A stretch of 64,000 nucleotides of DNA from Intoshia linei (taxonomy: Eukaryota; Animalia; Orthonectida): positions 1-64,000 of the forward strand of contig LWCA01000053.1 in assembly GCA_001642005.1 (NCBI GenBank), given 5' to 3'. This document shows, piece by piece, positions 1 to 11,540 of the stretch. Numbering within the stretch: position 1 is the stretch's first letter; every line of letters starts with the position of its first letter. The translations under genes were made by a program, and so were the position numbers. Below the pieces are notes generated by a model. The model did not search any database. It saw nothing but the letters and a program-made list of their open reading frames with translations, and had not been told where the DNA came from.

Positions 1-991
1 AGTTTAATTATATTAAAAATATACAATTTATTAATTCAATAAGGGTAAAGATGGAAAAATTTTATCTAATGCGCAAAAACGAAATATCCCTTCATAAAGT
101 AATATTTTATTGTTGACACTATGTAAACATTGGTAATAAAATTAATTTTGTACTCATATTTCATGAGTAATAATTTGTTCACAATTGACACATGTACCGC
201 CTTATTTTTGTTTGTATGCAAACAATTTAAATTTATCAGTTGATTTTTTTTGCATGCCGGCAAACAATAGTAAATTTATGATTGTACTTCTTTGCATGTA
301 TACGTGTTATTGTCTCGTAAGGGTTAATAACGTACTACCATTAAAAATATAAATATAGATGTTTAATTGATTATTTATAAATCTATATACTGCACAAATT
401 ATGCGGTCTGTTAATATTTAATAATGTCATAATATATTATTTATTATTATTTATAAGCCTATTTTGTATTAAAAAGTTAAAAATGCTTTTTATACCAAAA
501 TAATTAACAATGTGAATAAATATGTAAATAGACGATTAAAATTTTTTGCGAAATATACCCCCTATTTCCTAAGAAAACACTAGCCAATTTTTTATGTATC
601 ACTAAAGAAAAACATTATACTTCATTTCGCCTGTACTGGAGTTGATAAATTCTCTAATTATCTATATATTTACATCTTTTATATATGATTCAAGACATTT
701 CATCATATTGTCCGCAAATCTTAATTTATTTTCATTTTTTTAACATGACGTGAAAACATTTTTTGGTTGATTTTGAAAAATTGGAAGCGAATAACGAAAA
801 CTGTATTTTAAAGAATGTTTTATGTGAAAATCATAAAAACTAAAAAATTTTGAGCGAATAACGGAATATGCAAAGGAAGGTTCAATAATTATAAAATATT
901 GATATTTTTGTGAATTTATAAAAATAACATACAAAAATGAGTAATTTACTGATAAATACATAAAAACATCTGTTGTATTGATTAAAGCTAA

Positions 992-1478
992 TCCTAACTT
1001 ATATAATATGCTACGCGATTTTTATATTTAATAAATTAAAAAAATGGAATAACAATTGTTTTTAAAATTCTTTACGCAAATGTTAACAAACAAAAAATAA
1101 AGATGGAATAATTCACTTTAAAGTAAAAAGTAATCTGATATGATGGTTCTACCTGAAACAAATTTGGGAACCACTCCTTTAAAGGATTGATAATAGTGAA
1201 TAGTAGGATTTTTAAGTTAGATTTTCAACGTGAATTTATTTTTTAAGTATAATAAAAATGTGCTCTCGGCAGAGCTAGGTCCTGTTTGTACGTAGTATGT
1301 AAATTTATTTTTTGGTAGTATAAAAATGTTCCCTCGGTAGAACTAGGCTACGGGGATTGATAATAGTGAATAGTAGAATTTTTAAGTTAGATTTTCAACG
1401 TGAATTTTTTGATATAATAAAAATTGCCTTCAGCAGAGCTAGGTGCTGTTTTTACGTAGTACATAACAGTCAAGCTAG
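992..1478 (+). mobile_element. Short non-autonomous Helitron-like element (apparently complete)
   Basis: Begins A|TCCTAACTTATATAATATGCTACGC and ends with a GTAC/CTGTT...AACAG hairpin followed by TCAAGCTAG|T. This gives a 5' TC, a 3' CTAG and an A/T target with no TSD. The same 5' end recurs at ~29589 and ~48251 (and reversed at ~28095). The same 3' end recurs at ~9850-9900. Internal ~120-170 nt duplication (1184-1300 vs 1355-1460). Confidence 0.7.
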
Positions 1479-1759
1479 TAATAATTATAATTATTAAAAA
1501 TAAAAAAATACAATTTAGCAATGGATTAATAAATGAATTTAAAATTCAAAACGGGTATTGATGGTTTTATCTAGACCTAAATTTTTTTTCATTCATTTTT
1601 TAGTTGTGATAAAATTTTAAAATTAGCTATATCGATGCATTTTTACGACTACAAAAATTTAAATATATTACAATACATTTCATTTATTTACCCACTTTTA
1701 ATAAAATTAACGGATACAACATCTTTACATTTTTGTTGATTTAATTTTAACACTATTAG

Positions 1760-4418
1760 ATACGTTTATGAAAATTTGGATACTGGATATATGCAAGGAA
1801 TGTGTGATATATTGGCTCCAATTCTTGTAATTATAGATGACGGTAATTTTTAAATTTAACTGAAATATTTCTGAGAAAAATAAAAGGTTTTTCTTACATT
1901 TCCCGGTATTAAAATCATCAACATCAATATTATGATTATTTTCAATATCAAAATCTTATATCTTTACGTCCAAAACCTTAAACTACCTTGTTTGTAAAAA
2001 TGAAAAAAGTCCTAGAATTTTATACAACATAAATTATGGGATAATTTTTAAAATCATAAGCATTATCATAAATGGCAACCTCAAAAAAGATCATTTTCAC
2101 GATCAAAATCATAGATTACCCTTTTTTTTAAAAATGAAAACAGCCCTAGAATTTTAAAAAAAATTACAGATGATACATTTATATCCTGTTAAAACACACA
2201 AAATTTCAAACAGACAACGTGACGCCTGCACGGGTAAAAAAACTCTTTAATATCCATTTTTTTTATTTCGAAACTATTTTATTAACAAAAAATTTGAAAT
2301 AATATCCAGTTGATATAAATACAAAATTTCAACCCCAGAAATCTAGGCATTTCGTTGAAAAATAATTTTTTATATATTATCATACAATTTTTTTCAAATG
2401 TTTAGATTAAAATTTAAAATGAAAAAGTAAATATTTATCTTAGTTTGAAAAAAAGTGCATTGAACGTCTAAACATTACCAATAAAGAGATATGGGTGGAA
2501 ATCTTATAAATTCATTCTTTCGGATTTTTTTTCATTGCTACGCAATTTATCATTTTCAAACACTCATTTTGAAAATTTTTATTTAAGTTTCAGGAGTTTT
2601 TTTGACTTTAGCACTGTTAATTTCTCAAATAAACGGTAATACATACATAATATTTTATTACTTTGTCTATAACGGTGTCCACAGCGAAAAAGGGTTGAGA
2701 ATGGCTGATATAAAACATAATACAGATCGTATATTGAGCATTATTTATTTTTTTATTTTGTTGTTAAATCATAAAAACTACAAAAAATTAACGGAATTTG
2801 TTTATTTGAGAAAAATATATAGTCCGTTAGTCATGAATTAGTATATATTTAAATATTTAGAAATTATTGCATATGGTTGTTTCTGTAATTCTATGCAAAG
2901 ATTATTGATAAATTTTCCACAATCAAATCATATAAATGAAGAATTAAATAATTTTCAAAACATTTTTGATGTAAATTTTTTATTTTACATTATAATTAAC
3001 AATTTAGATTATAGATAATGAATTGAAACAATTTTTGGACCAAGAAGATAATTCCATGAGATTATATTTCTCATATCGTTGGTTTTTATTGGATTTTAAA
3101 AGAGGTACATTAGATTTCAGATTTTTTATTATAAATTCGCATTACGCAGTCATTTGAAAATAATAAGAACCTTGTGTATACAACCATTATGTAACATACA
3201 TGTAATAGATATAATGCCTGTAAGTTTTTTTATAGTTTTTTTATTTTAATGTTTATAAAGTGCTAATTTTGATATCTATTTGTAGTATAGTAGACGCTCG
3301 AAAAGTAACCACCTCGCACGGGTGACAACTTTTTTAGATTCTTGACAAAAAAATACTAATTTAAATAAATTTTACTCCTAATAGTGAATATCAAATAGAG
3401 ACAACCCCACCCAAAAAATCTCATTTTCCCAAATTTTTTTATTTAAAAACATTATATTTTTCCATGTCATTGAACTTTTTTGTCTCAAAAATAAACGGTA
3501 AAGTCCAAAACTTTGGAGATTTATAGGCCTATTTTTGATTTACAAGAAGTCTCGAGAGTAGTAAGTTTGGCTCTGAAGTCAATGGTTGAATAAATTTAAA
3601 TTCTTATAAACAAATGAATATAAATGTTAATATTACATATAACAGCGTATTTTTAATATATTTTGAATGTCGTCTAATAAATAATATTCTTAGATTAATT
3701 TATCGGCATATATTTGGTTCGTTTTATATATTGTTAAATATGAAGTAATTAATTTCATTAATACTGTAACTAGTACTATTGTAATTTTAACCTTACCAGT
3801 TTAAAAAGTGACCAGTTGCCCAAAAAAGTGGTCAGTTTTCTAGATTTTACTGTATTTATATCTTGAAACCTTTCAAATCTAAATTTTAGATTGTTAAGCT
3901 AAAATATTTGTTATAATTTTAAAATTAATTGTGACCTTAATTAATTAAATAATTAAAAATATTAAGTTCAAATGTAATATACAATGATATAATATTTATA
4001 TTAATTAATTTTGATAAGTGACACAATTTTCAATATTTCAATAAATATGAATCTCAATTTAAATTTAACAATAAAACAAATAAAATTTATTTAACTTAAT
4101 AATATAGAACTAAGCTATGAAGGAGTATTCAATGTTTGGGAAACAATTTGGTCTGCAGCGTGTATATGTACGCCCCATTTCACTCATTTTTTTGCATTAT
4201 CTCTGGTTCAATATTACAGAGAAATTATTATTTATAATCAAATGAACTATACCGATTTAATAAAATTTTTTAATGGTAGTAATTACTTTATTATTGGATA
4301 AAAATTTTTAGAAATGGCTGAAAAACATGATTATATAGCTATTCTTAACTTGGCAAAAGAACACGTAAGAAAAATTTGTGAACTATACGAAAATGAATGT
4401 GAATCTGCTCAAGAATAA
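1760..4418 (+). CDS. SGSM1/2-like TBC-domain Rab GTPase-activating protein, C-terminal part (5' exons not identified in window)
   Basis: Exons 1760-1842, 2861-2970, 3008-3104, 4108-4275, 4312-4418 splice in frame. They give [20 protein letters not shown]...[30 protein letters not shown]...[16 protein letters not shown], matching the SGSM1/2 TBC C-terminus (GYxQGMCD Gln finger, [11 protein letters not shown]). Confidence 0.9.
1880..2610 (+). repeat. Internal body of an abundant dispersed Helitron-like repeat family
   Basis: Blocks such as AAAACAGCCCTAGAATTT, TATCCTGTTAA-CACAC, GTGACGCCT-CACGGT and CCCCAGAAATCTA recur at ~6000-6480, 24600-24900 (rc), 27420-28095 (rc), 29590-29900, 34170-34950, 48250-48900 and 61870-62090. 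Confidence 0.75.
3288..3852. mobile_element. Tc1/mariner-pogo-type MITE
   Basis: Imperfect TIRs (TAGTAGACGCTCGAAAAGTAACCAC / GTGGTCAGTTTTCTAGATTTTACTG), TA on both flanks, no ORF. Lies in an SGSM intron. Confidence 0.55.
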
Positions 4419-4639
4419 AAAGAAATTGCGTGATTGAATATATTTTAATGAAACAATTATGCCAATTGTTATAAATTGTAAATAACATTAAATTTTGTTA
4501 TTCACCCAACCTACAAACTTGATATTGAGCGTAATGAATTGATATGATTGCTTTTATGAATTAAATTAAATGTGCAATTAGTATTGGAATTAAAATATTC
4601 CAATAACCTTATAACCTCATATATATTATATAAAAAATA

Positions 4640-5231
4640 ATGGAAAGTAGCAAAAATATCACGTATCATGTTCCCACCATTCCCGACAAAGAACGAACGC
4701 TAGATAAAAAAGAAAAAGGGTTTATTTTGGACGGAGTGGCTATCGATAATGTCTGCAAATCGTATTTTAATGTAAACCCAAAATTAGGAAATGCCATTCC
4801 ACCTTACAATTCCCAAAAGGATCACTTTTGTAAAACGTACTTTGATTCAAGTACAGTTAAAAGAGTCCTAACACAAAATGATCAGGTTCATGCTAAAATA
4901 AATTAAATTTTAATAATTAGAATGAAAATTTGGGTAACTCAATTGAGGGCCCAATGGAAGATCGATTTTCGACTAGCGGTCCAGGTTTTAAATATTTCAG
5001 CACCAGAAATAAAAATGGCTGTGGTATGTCAATTTTAATTGACTTTAATTGACAAAACTAGGTAGATCTACAGATGTGTATAAAGGACATATTGGTCAAT
5101 TCATCAAAAAGGATCAGGCACTGAGTTATAATGGAGAATTAGGCTATAGAAGAAATTTACCTCATCTTAGAGAAAAATTATCTTGTTTTGACAATCATAA
5201 TCCTCATGATGAAAAAATTTACAGATACTGA
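4640..5231 (+). CDS. SPMAP1/C17orf98-like (DUF4542) axonemal microtubule-associated protein
   Basis: Exons 4640-4885, 4921-5023, 5062-5231 (35- and 38-nt introns). EKGFILDGVA...PKLGNAIPPYNSQKD...YF and YNGELGYRRNLPHLRE match C17orf98 (EKGFILDGVA, IPPYNAQQD, FNGRFGYRRNTPALRQ). Confidence 0.85.
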
Positions 5232-5403
5232 TACCAAATTAATGCTTTCAATTAAAAATTTATTAATGTAAATGTTTATTGTTGGTAGTTTCGCCCATTT
5301 TGATGAATAAAAATTGTATATATGATTTGATAAATATTTGCCATTTGTTTTGTCATGTTCAGATTAGTGGTGGTTTTCATTTAGTTGTTTTCAATAGTTA
5401 ATT

Positions 5404-8400
5404 CTAATTAATGACATTTATATGTGTTTCGTTTTCTTGTTGGGTATGTTCATCATTTGTAACTTGTTTATTTTGAAAACCGGACGAAGCTAGTATAGAC
5501 TACATTAGAAATTAAAATGTTTATTACCCCAATTTTCTTTAAAATTCAAATTATGTTTATGTCTAATCATGTGAAATTTATACAGTTTTGTTATATAGTC
5601 CCTAACACTCCATTGTACAAGAAAGGAATGAGATAGTATTGCATTGCACGACATTCTTTTATCCGGATTAAAACACAAAATGTGCTAAATGTTTACGTTA
5701 TTATTTTTAAATTAAAATTTACCGGTATTAAATTCATCAAATCTGGTTCTCTTATATTTATGTAACTATTAATACCATCACACGTTATATTACTAAATGT
5801 GTTTATGGATATTGAAGACGATTTCGGCCAATTTTCAATTTCTGGATATCCAATCTTCCTAATTTAATTTTATTAAGTTCTTATAATAAGCAGAGATAGC
5901 TACCGCTTGTACAAAATACTTAAATGACAAGCTGGTATATCCTTTACTTATAAAAAATTGACAGTCGTAGAATCTAAAAAATCCAAATTTCTACTACAGT
6001 TTTTCCCAGAGCGTGTTTATATCTTTTTTTAGTTTCAGAATTTGAGTTCTTCAGGTTCACAAATCCAATTTGCCCTTTGATAGTTTTTAAAATCATAACC
6101 ATTATAATAAATCGCAACATCATAAAAGTTCATTTTCATGACCAAAACCACAGATTGCATTTTTTTTAAATTTAAATAGTCACAAAATTTAAAAAAAATT
6201 TCAATTTCATAAATTGACGCCTTCACGGTAAAAAAAGCACTTTAGTATTCATTTTTTTTATTTCGAAACTTTTTTAGTTAATTTGACAAAAAATTTTAAA
6301 TAATAATTTAAATTGTGAAATCGTCACTTATTCGGATTGAAATTTTTTATGTGTGTTAACAGGATACAACTGTACCTACCTGTAAATTTTTTGAAATTCT
6401 AGGGCTGTTTTCATAAAAAAAGAAGGGTAATAGTAAATTTTTGGAAATTCTAGGGCTGTTTTCAAAAAAATCGTTATAAATCATACTTTAATATAGTTGA
6501 CCTCCTAGTTACTAGGGTCTAATATACAAACAATTGTAAATTTATGATTGTTCTTTTTTGGATATATACATGTTATTGTCGCGTAATAGTTAATAACTTT
6601 TAATTTAATTATTCACAATTAATCCAAATTTCAAGAATATATAAATTAAATATCAAATACTAAATCAAATTAATGTTAACGATTCTAATTTAATTTTAAA
6701 ATTTTACTTAAATCTGGAGGCTTCTTCTCATAATCTTCTTAATTCTTCTCAGACTCTGTAGACCCCATGGTGGGGCCAAGCCCCCCATTTGGGAAACACT
6801 GAACTAAGGCATCCATAAAAAATTTTCCTCCTAGGAACTCCGAGTCCGATGTTACCAAAATTTTCATTTTGGGAACATTAAAGGTTTCTCAACACAAATG
6901 AAAGTGAAAATGTATTATTCATAAATGTAGATTAAATTCTTAGTAAATGATTCTTATTTTTTTACAGAATTAACAACTCATTGGAGTTTTTGAATGTTAT
7001 ATATGATTAATTGCATCATATCTTATTAATCAGGTAAAAATTTCGAACATGTTGGTTTATTCTTCCCTCCAGATTGATTTCTTTTTAGCTAGCACAATGA
7101 TACATTTATTTATGATAATGATGTTTCATCAACATCGTTATAATTCCACGTCGCTCTAAGACGTTTCGATCATAAAAATTAATCATATGTACTCTTTTTT
7201 GTCTGATCAAAGAGCTTTTTAATATAAGGTAATTTTGAGGATTACCTTTTATCAGGTTATATTTTGATATTTTTCATCGATGTCGTTTATAAGAATGAAA
7301 ATTGCTCAGAAATGTGAATATAAAACCTGCAAATCATGTAAAAGTAAATTATTTGGTATTAAATTAAATGACCCATAATTGTAAAAACTTACTGAAAAAC
7401 CTCCATTATTCCATTTTGGGAACATTGGTTTTTATTGTACAGTATTATATTAATTCAATCACACCATTATAGTTATTTATATTATTTTGCAATTACAATT
7501 TGTACAGTATTCTAAATTTGATGGAAAATAATTTATGACAGAAGTTTCTAGTCATAAAACAAGCTTTAAATTTCAAATTGAAAATGGGACAAAAAATCAG
7601 TCAATATTCATGGTTCTCTGAAACATCAACCATAAAATAGAAAATATTAATTTGGGATTATAGACAATAAAATATGTAGTAACCAATTAATAATGTACTA
7701 TAAACAATAACTGAAAAACTTGTTCCATTTTGGGATCATTGGCGAGATAAAGGGTAACCTTTATTACCATTTTATTACCCAATATTATCTTATTTTTACT
7801 AATAATAAAAAATTATCAAAATATTCTTTATTCCAGAAAGCTGACCAATTTTCATTTTTCATAGACTGTGTTTGAATACACATGATATGTCAGTGGTTTC
7901 AACCTTTTTGTGTTCGCGACCCCCTTATAAACATAAAAAATTTTCGCGACCCAAAAATTTTCTAAATACTGCAAACACAAAATATTAAAAAATCATATTC
8001 AGTTTTATTTATATTTTATACTATGCTCACTGAGCACTATTCAGTACAATGTATTATTATTATACAATATGTAATAACTAAGTTTATTTTCTTCATATGA
8101 AATTTAAGGTTCCATTTTAGATACAATTATTGATATTCTGAGCAATGTATGCGGTAAGGCGAGCCTCATATCATCCTTAACATTCAATCTGTTTATTGAC
8201 TTTGTTTTTATATGAACAAGCGTATACAATCCTGCTTCACACAGATAAGTTGACTGTAAAAATAGTAGCAATCTCAAAGCAATCGTAAATACATTTGAAT
8301 ATGAATCAATCATATTACACCAAAAATTACTTAGTGGTGTTTCATCATAGAAAATATTACGTGCAGTGGAATCATTTATTAAATCTATTACTTCATCCTT

Positions 8401-10302
8401 TATTTTATCGGGAATACATGTAGTTTATATTAAGTGAAGAAGAACATTTAAAATTGTAATACAAAATGTAAAAATATTTACTTAACATTATTATTGTCAA
8501 TATTATATATTTAAATAAAAAAATATATTCATAAAATTTTCAAATTTTCACGACCCCCCCTAGCGGTCGCGACTCCCCGGTTAAAAACCACTGTGATATG
8601 TAATGTTAACGAATATGATTACTTGATAATATCTTTCATTATGTCAAGTTCATTTCTTCCTTTGAATAATTTTCTAATATATTTTAATACAATTTTATGT
8701 TAATAATATTTTTATTATTTATTTATTTTAAAACTCATCGTATAATAAAAAATGAAATTACTTTCCATTGATTAATTCAATTAATATACAACCAATACTC
8801 CAAATGTCAACTTTTTCATTGTAATTAGGTGTCAAAAATATTTCAGGAGCTCTATATTCCAGTGTCACTATCTATATAATAATTCAAAAACATATTACAT
8901 ATGTATTAGTTTTTGTATGTTATTAATAATAATATTAATAACAGCTAAAATTATTAACAGTTCGCAACAGCTATTGTGCTAGGTGAAAAATGTAACCTTT
9001 CCCAATTGAATTCAAACTTTCTACCCCTTTACATCTCTTGATATGGTCTATATATCAACAGCACAAGTTGTTCTAGGCTATCAAATTGCTTACTTCGTGG
9101 TAGGGTAAAATCTTTTATTATATTAAATGAAGCATAAGTTTAGTGTTATAAAATGCCGAAATAATATCATCAATTCTTTTTATTTATTAATTTAACCCTT
9201 TTAAACTAATAAATTAAATTTTAAATTAAAATAAAATTGAAAATAGAGTTAGATTATAAAAAAAATGCGTATTAAGATAAAATCAAATAGTACGATAGAG
9301 ATATTGAAGTGCGTATTTATATTTTACAATAATTGTATTACAATATTTGTGCTGTCTTTTTTAACTCAAATAATATCCGTTTTTTTTAAAATGAAATTTA
9401 TATTGAGTATTAAAGATTTTATTTTTTCTAGCATACTAGCTGTCGCTGACTGTAAATAACAATTTTTGCAGTGCTTTAGAAGTTTATTAAAATTCACCAT
9501 TCTTGATAATATACTGTTGGGAGTTGTAACAACTTTTGATAGTCCAAAATCTGTGATTTTAACAATCAGGTCATTATACCGAATTAAAATATTGTGGCTT
9601 TTAATGTCTCTGTGAATAATATCATTTTGATGTAAACATTTAACTCCTTCTAATATTTGCACTGTAATAATCTAAATTGAATATAATTATTTTCAATTAA
9701 AGTATTTAACCTAATGTATTTATAATTTTTATAATCTGAAATTATTTTAATAATATTTAGATTATAAGCATAGTTTTATAAAAATCCTTACTTTTATAAA
9801 GTATCCAACCATATTTCTCAAAATTTTGAATTAAAATTAAAAAAGTGCCCTCGGCTGAGCTAAGGTACTGTTTGTACGAAGTACACAACAGTCAAGCTAC
9901 TCGTCTTATCAAATATAAAAATTTCTAAATTACTCGAATAGTTTCAAAGGATAAAGGATACGCAAATTTAATATAATTTGATAAATCACTATCCATATAA
10001 TCTAAAACTAGAACTATCCTTTGTTTATGGTTATATCTTTCATCCAATACTTCATATAAACTAAATGAATTTTTAATCTTAAATAGTTGAATAATAATAA
10101 GAAATAATGACTTGACAATGTTTGGATGCCTCAGACTTTGAAGTTTTATTAAAATATCAATCTCTCGATATCCAAAATTTTTAAAATGTTTATTCTTAAT
10201 CAATATTTTTAATGCAAAAATATTTTGATCGGAGTTTTTCGCTTTATATACTGTTCCAAACGACCCTTCTCCAATTTTCTTTAATAGGCAATAATCTCGC
10301 AT
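5404..10302 (-). CDS. Divergent cyclin-dependent kinase, CDK4/6-like
   Basis: Exons 10302-10112, 10060-9934, 9671-9498, 8871-8762, 8673-8623, 5858-5723, 5684-5528, 5489-5404. All kinase subdomains are present: GEGSFG, ALK, YRE, HRDIKSHN, DFG, VTLEYRAPE, DIWSIGCI, IGYPEIENWP, LCFNPDKRMS. The 3-aa longer spacing before HPNIV and the FNPxKR motif point to CDK4/6. Confidence 0.85.
7891..8593 (-). mobile_element. Internally deleted hAT (Buster/Charlie-type) element with transposase C-terminus
   Basis: TIRs CAGTGGTTTCAACC / GGTTAAAAACCACTG. Perfect 8-bp TSD TGATATGT (7883-7890, 8594-8601). ORF 8104-8313 has STYLCEAG...IKTKSINRLNVKDDMRLAL, the hAT C-terminal dimerisation region. Confidence 0.9.
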
Positions 10303-10465
10303 GTTTGTTATTGTTAGATTGTTGTATCGATTTAAAATTTTGAATGTTTAGAATTTAAAAAGTTTAATGCTGGTATTTAACACATCTAATTAAAAAATTT
10401 TAAATAATTTCATAATTTTTAGAAAACAAAACTGGTATATATTTTAATTAACGTAAACAAGTTTT

Positions 10466-10962
10466 TTATGAATAATAATTGTATTCCTGGTGCATATGTC
10501 GTTCGTCGCCAAATTCGTCTATGGTATAATTTATCGTTGATAAAGTTTCCAATAAAGAGATTGATTCATTTCTTATTTGACGTATGTTTTTAAGTTTCAT
10601 TCGACTGTAAAAATAATAAAAAATAAATATTTTTATACAGTACAATTAAACAAAAAACAATGTAATTTAATGTCGAAAATCAAGAGAATCAAGATAAAGT
10701 AATTGATATAAATTTTTTCTGGTAAAAATATACATTTTATTTATTTATTTTGAAATTATTTAATTTAAGTTATAAATATTTTTAAATTAATGTAGCTTTA
10801 TTATAATGCATATTATTGCAATTTAATGATTACATTATCAATGAATTTTGATCAACAATAAATTCAAAAGAACTATAATTTCTGCGTGGATCAGTTTCGT
10901 ACATTAGGGCATGCTTTACCATTTCAACATCTCGCGCATTTTTGTAATCAACTTTGATTTCA
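10466..10962 (-). CDS. Pcc1/LAGE3 (KEOPS/EKC complex subunit); 5' exon unresolved
   Basis: Exons 10962-10834 and 10604-10466 give EIKVDYKNARDVEMVKHALMYETDPRR...FIVDQNSLIIRMKLKNIRQIRNESISLLETLSTINYTIDEFG. This aligns by pattern with LAGE3/Pcc1 (AEIAxxSLxPDxEP...VxGxxLxVxW...RLLRIS...L...TMxRFG). Confidence 0.7.
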
Positions 10963-11540
10963 CTATAAATAATAATAATAGTATTGATAAAAGATATGTA
11001 ATCGCACAACGTAAAATTTACATAGTTTATTAATCTGGGCAATTTCACATTTTTTGATAATATATAACAAAAAACAAGCACATATGCAGAAAACAAATTA
11101 GCCAATACCTCTCTAACTCTACGATAAAAATTAAGTTGATAAATTTTATTTTTATAATAAATTAATTTATGCATAATCGGGACGAGAACTAGTATAAATC
11201 AATATTCCCATGAGGAATAATAAAAATGGAGCTTAATTTTATTGAGGAAGTGGCTCTATAAATTTAATTTGAGCACATAATACAAAATATAAACTCAGTG
11301 TTAGACACATGGTGGATAGTATTGTAGATTTTAATATTAATCATTAATTACATCTATAATACGCCTCGAACTAAATGAGTTTGAATTCATCCAGTTTATA
11401 TATATTTTATGAAATTAAATATCCTGAATTTAAATTACCAGTGATTCATAGTTAAAAATAATTTCCGAATCTAATTATACAACTTTATTGGTGTCCAAGT
11501 TGATTCCGTTAGCAAATAAATTTTCTTTTAAAAATCCTTA

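Noticed and set aside
260-330. TTAA-CCCT-type ends suggesting piggyBac elements (also ~6530-6594, 11941, 44795, 60108)
   Set aside because: Could not pair the ends or find transposase sequence, so boundaries are unsupported.
66-961. Short AT-rich ORFs here and at 2602, 6035, 18493, 26447, 27463, 30046, 47333, 49139, 53504, 59111
   Set aside because: I/K/F/N/Y-biased translations of repeats or AT-rich non-coding DNA, with no recognisable motifs.
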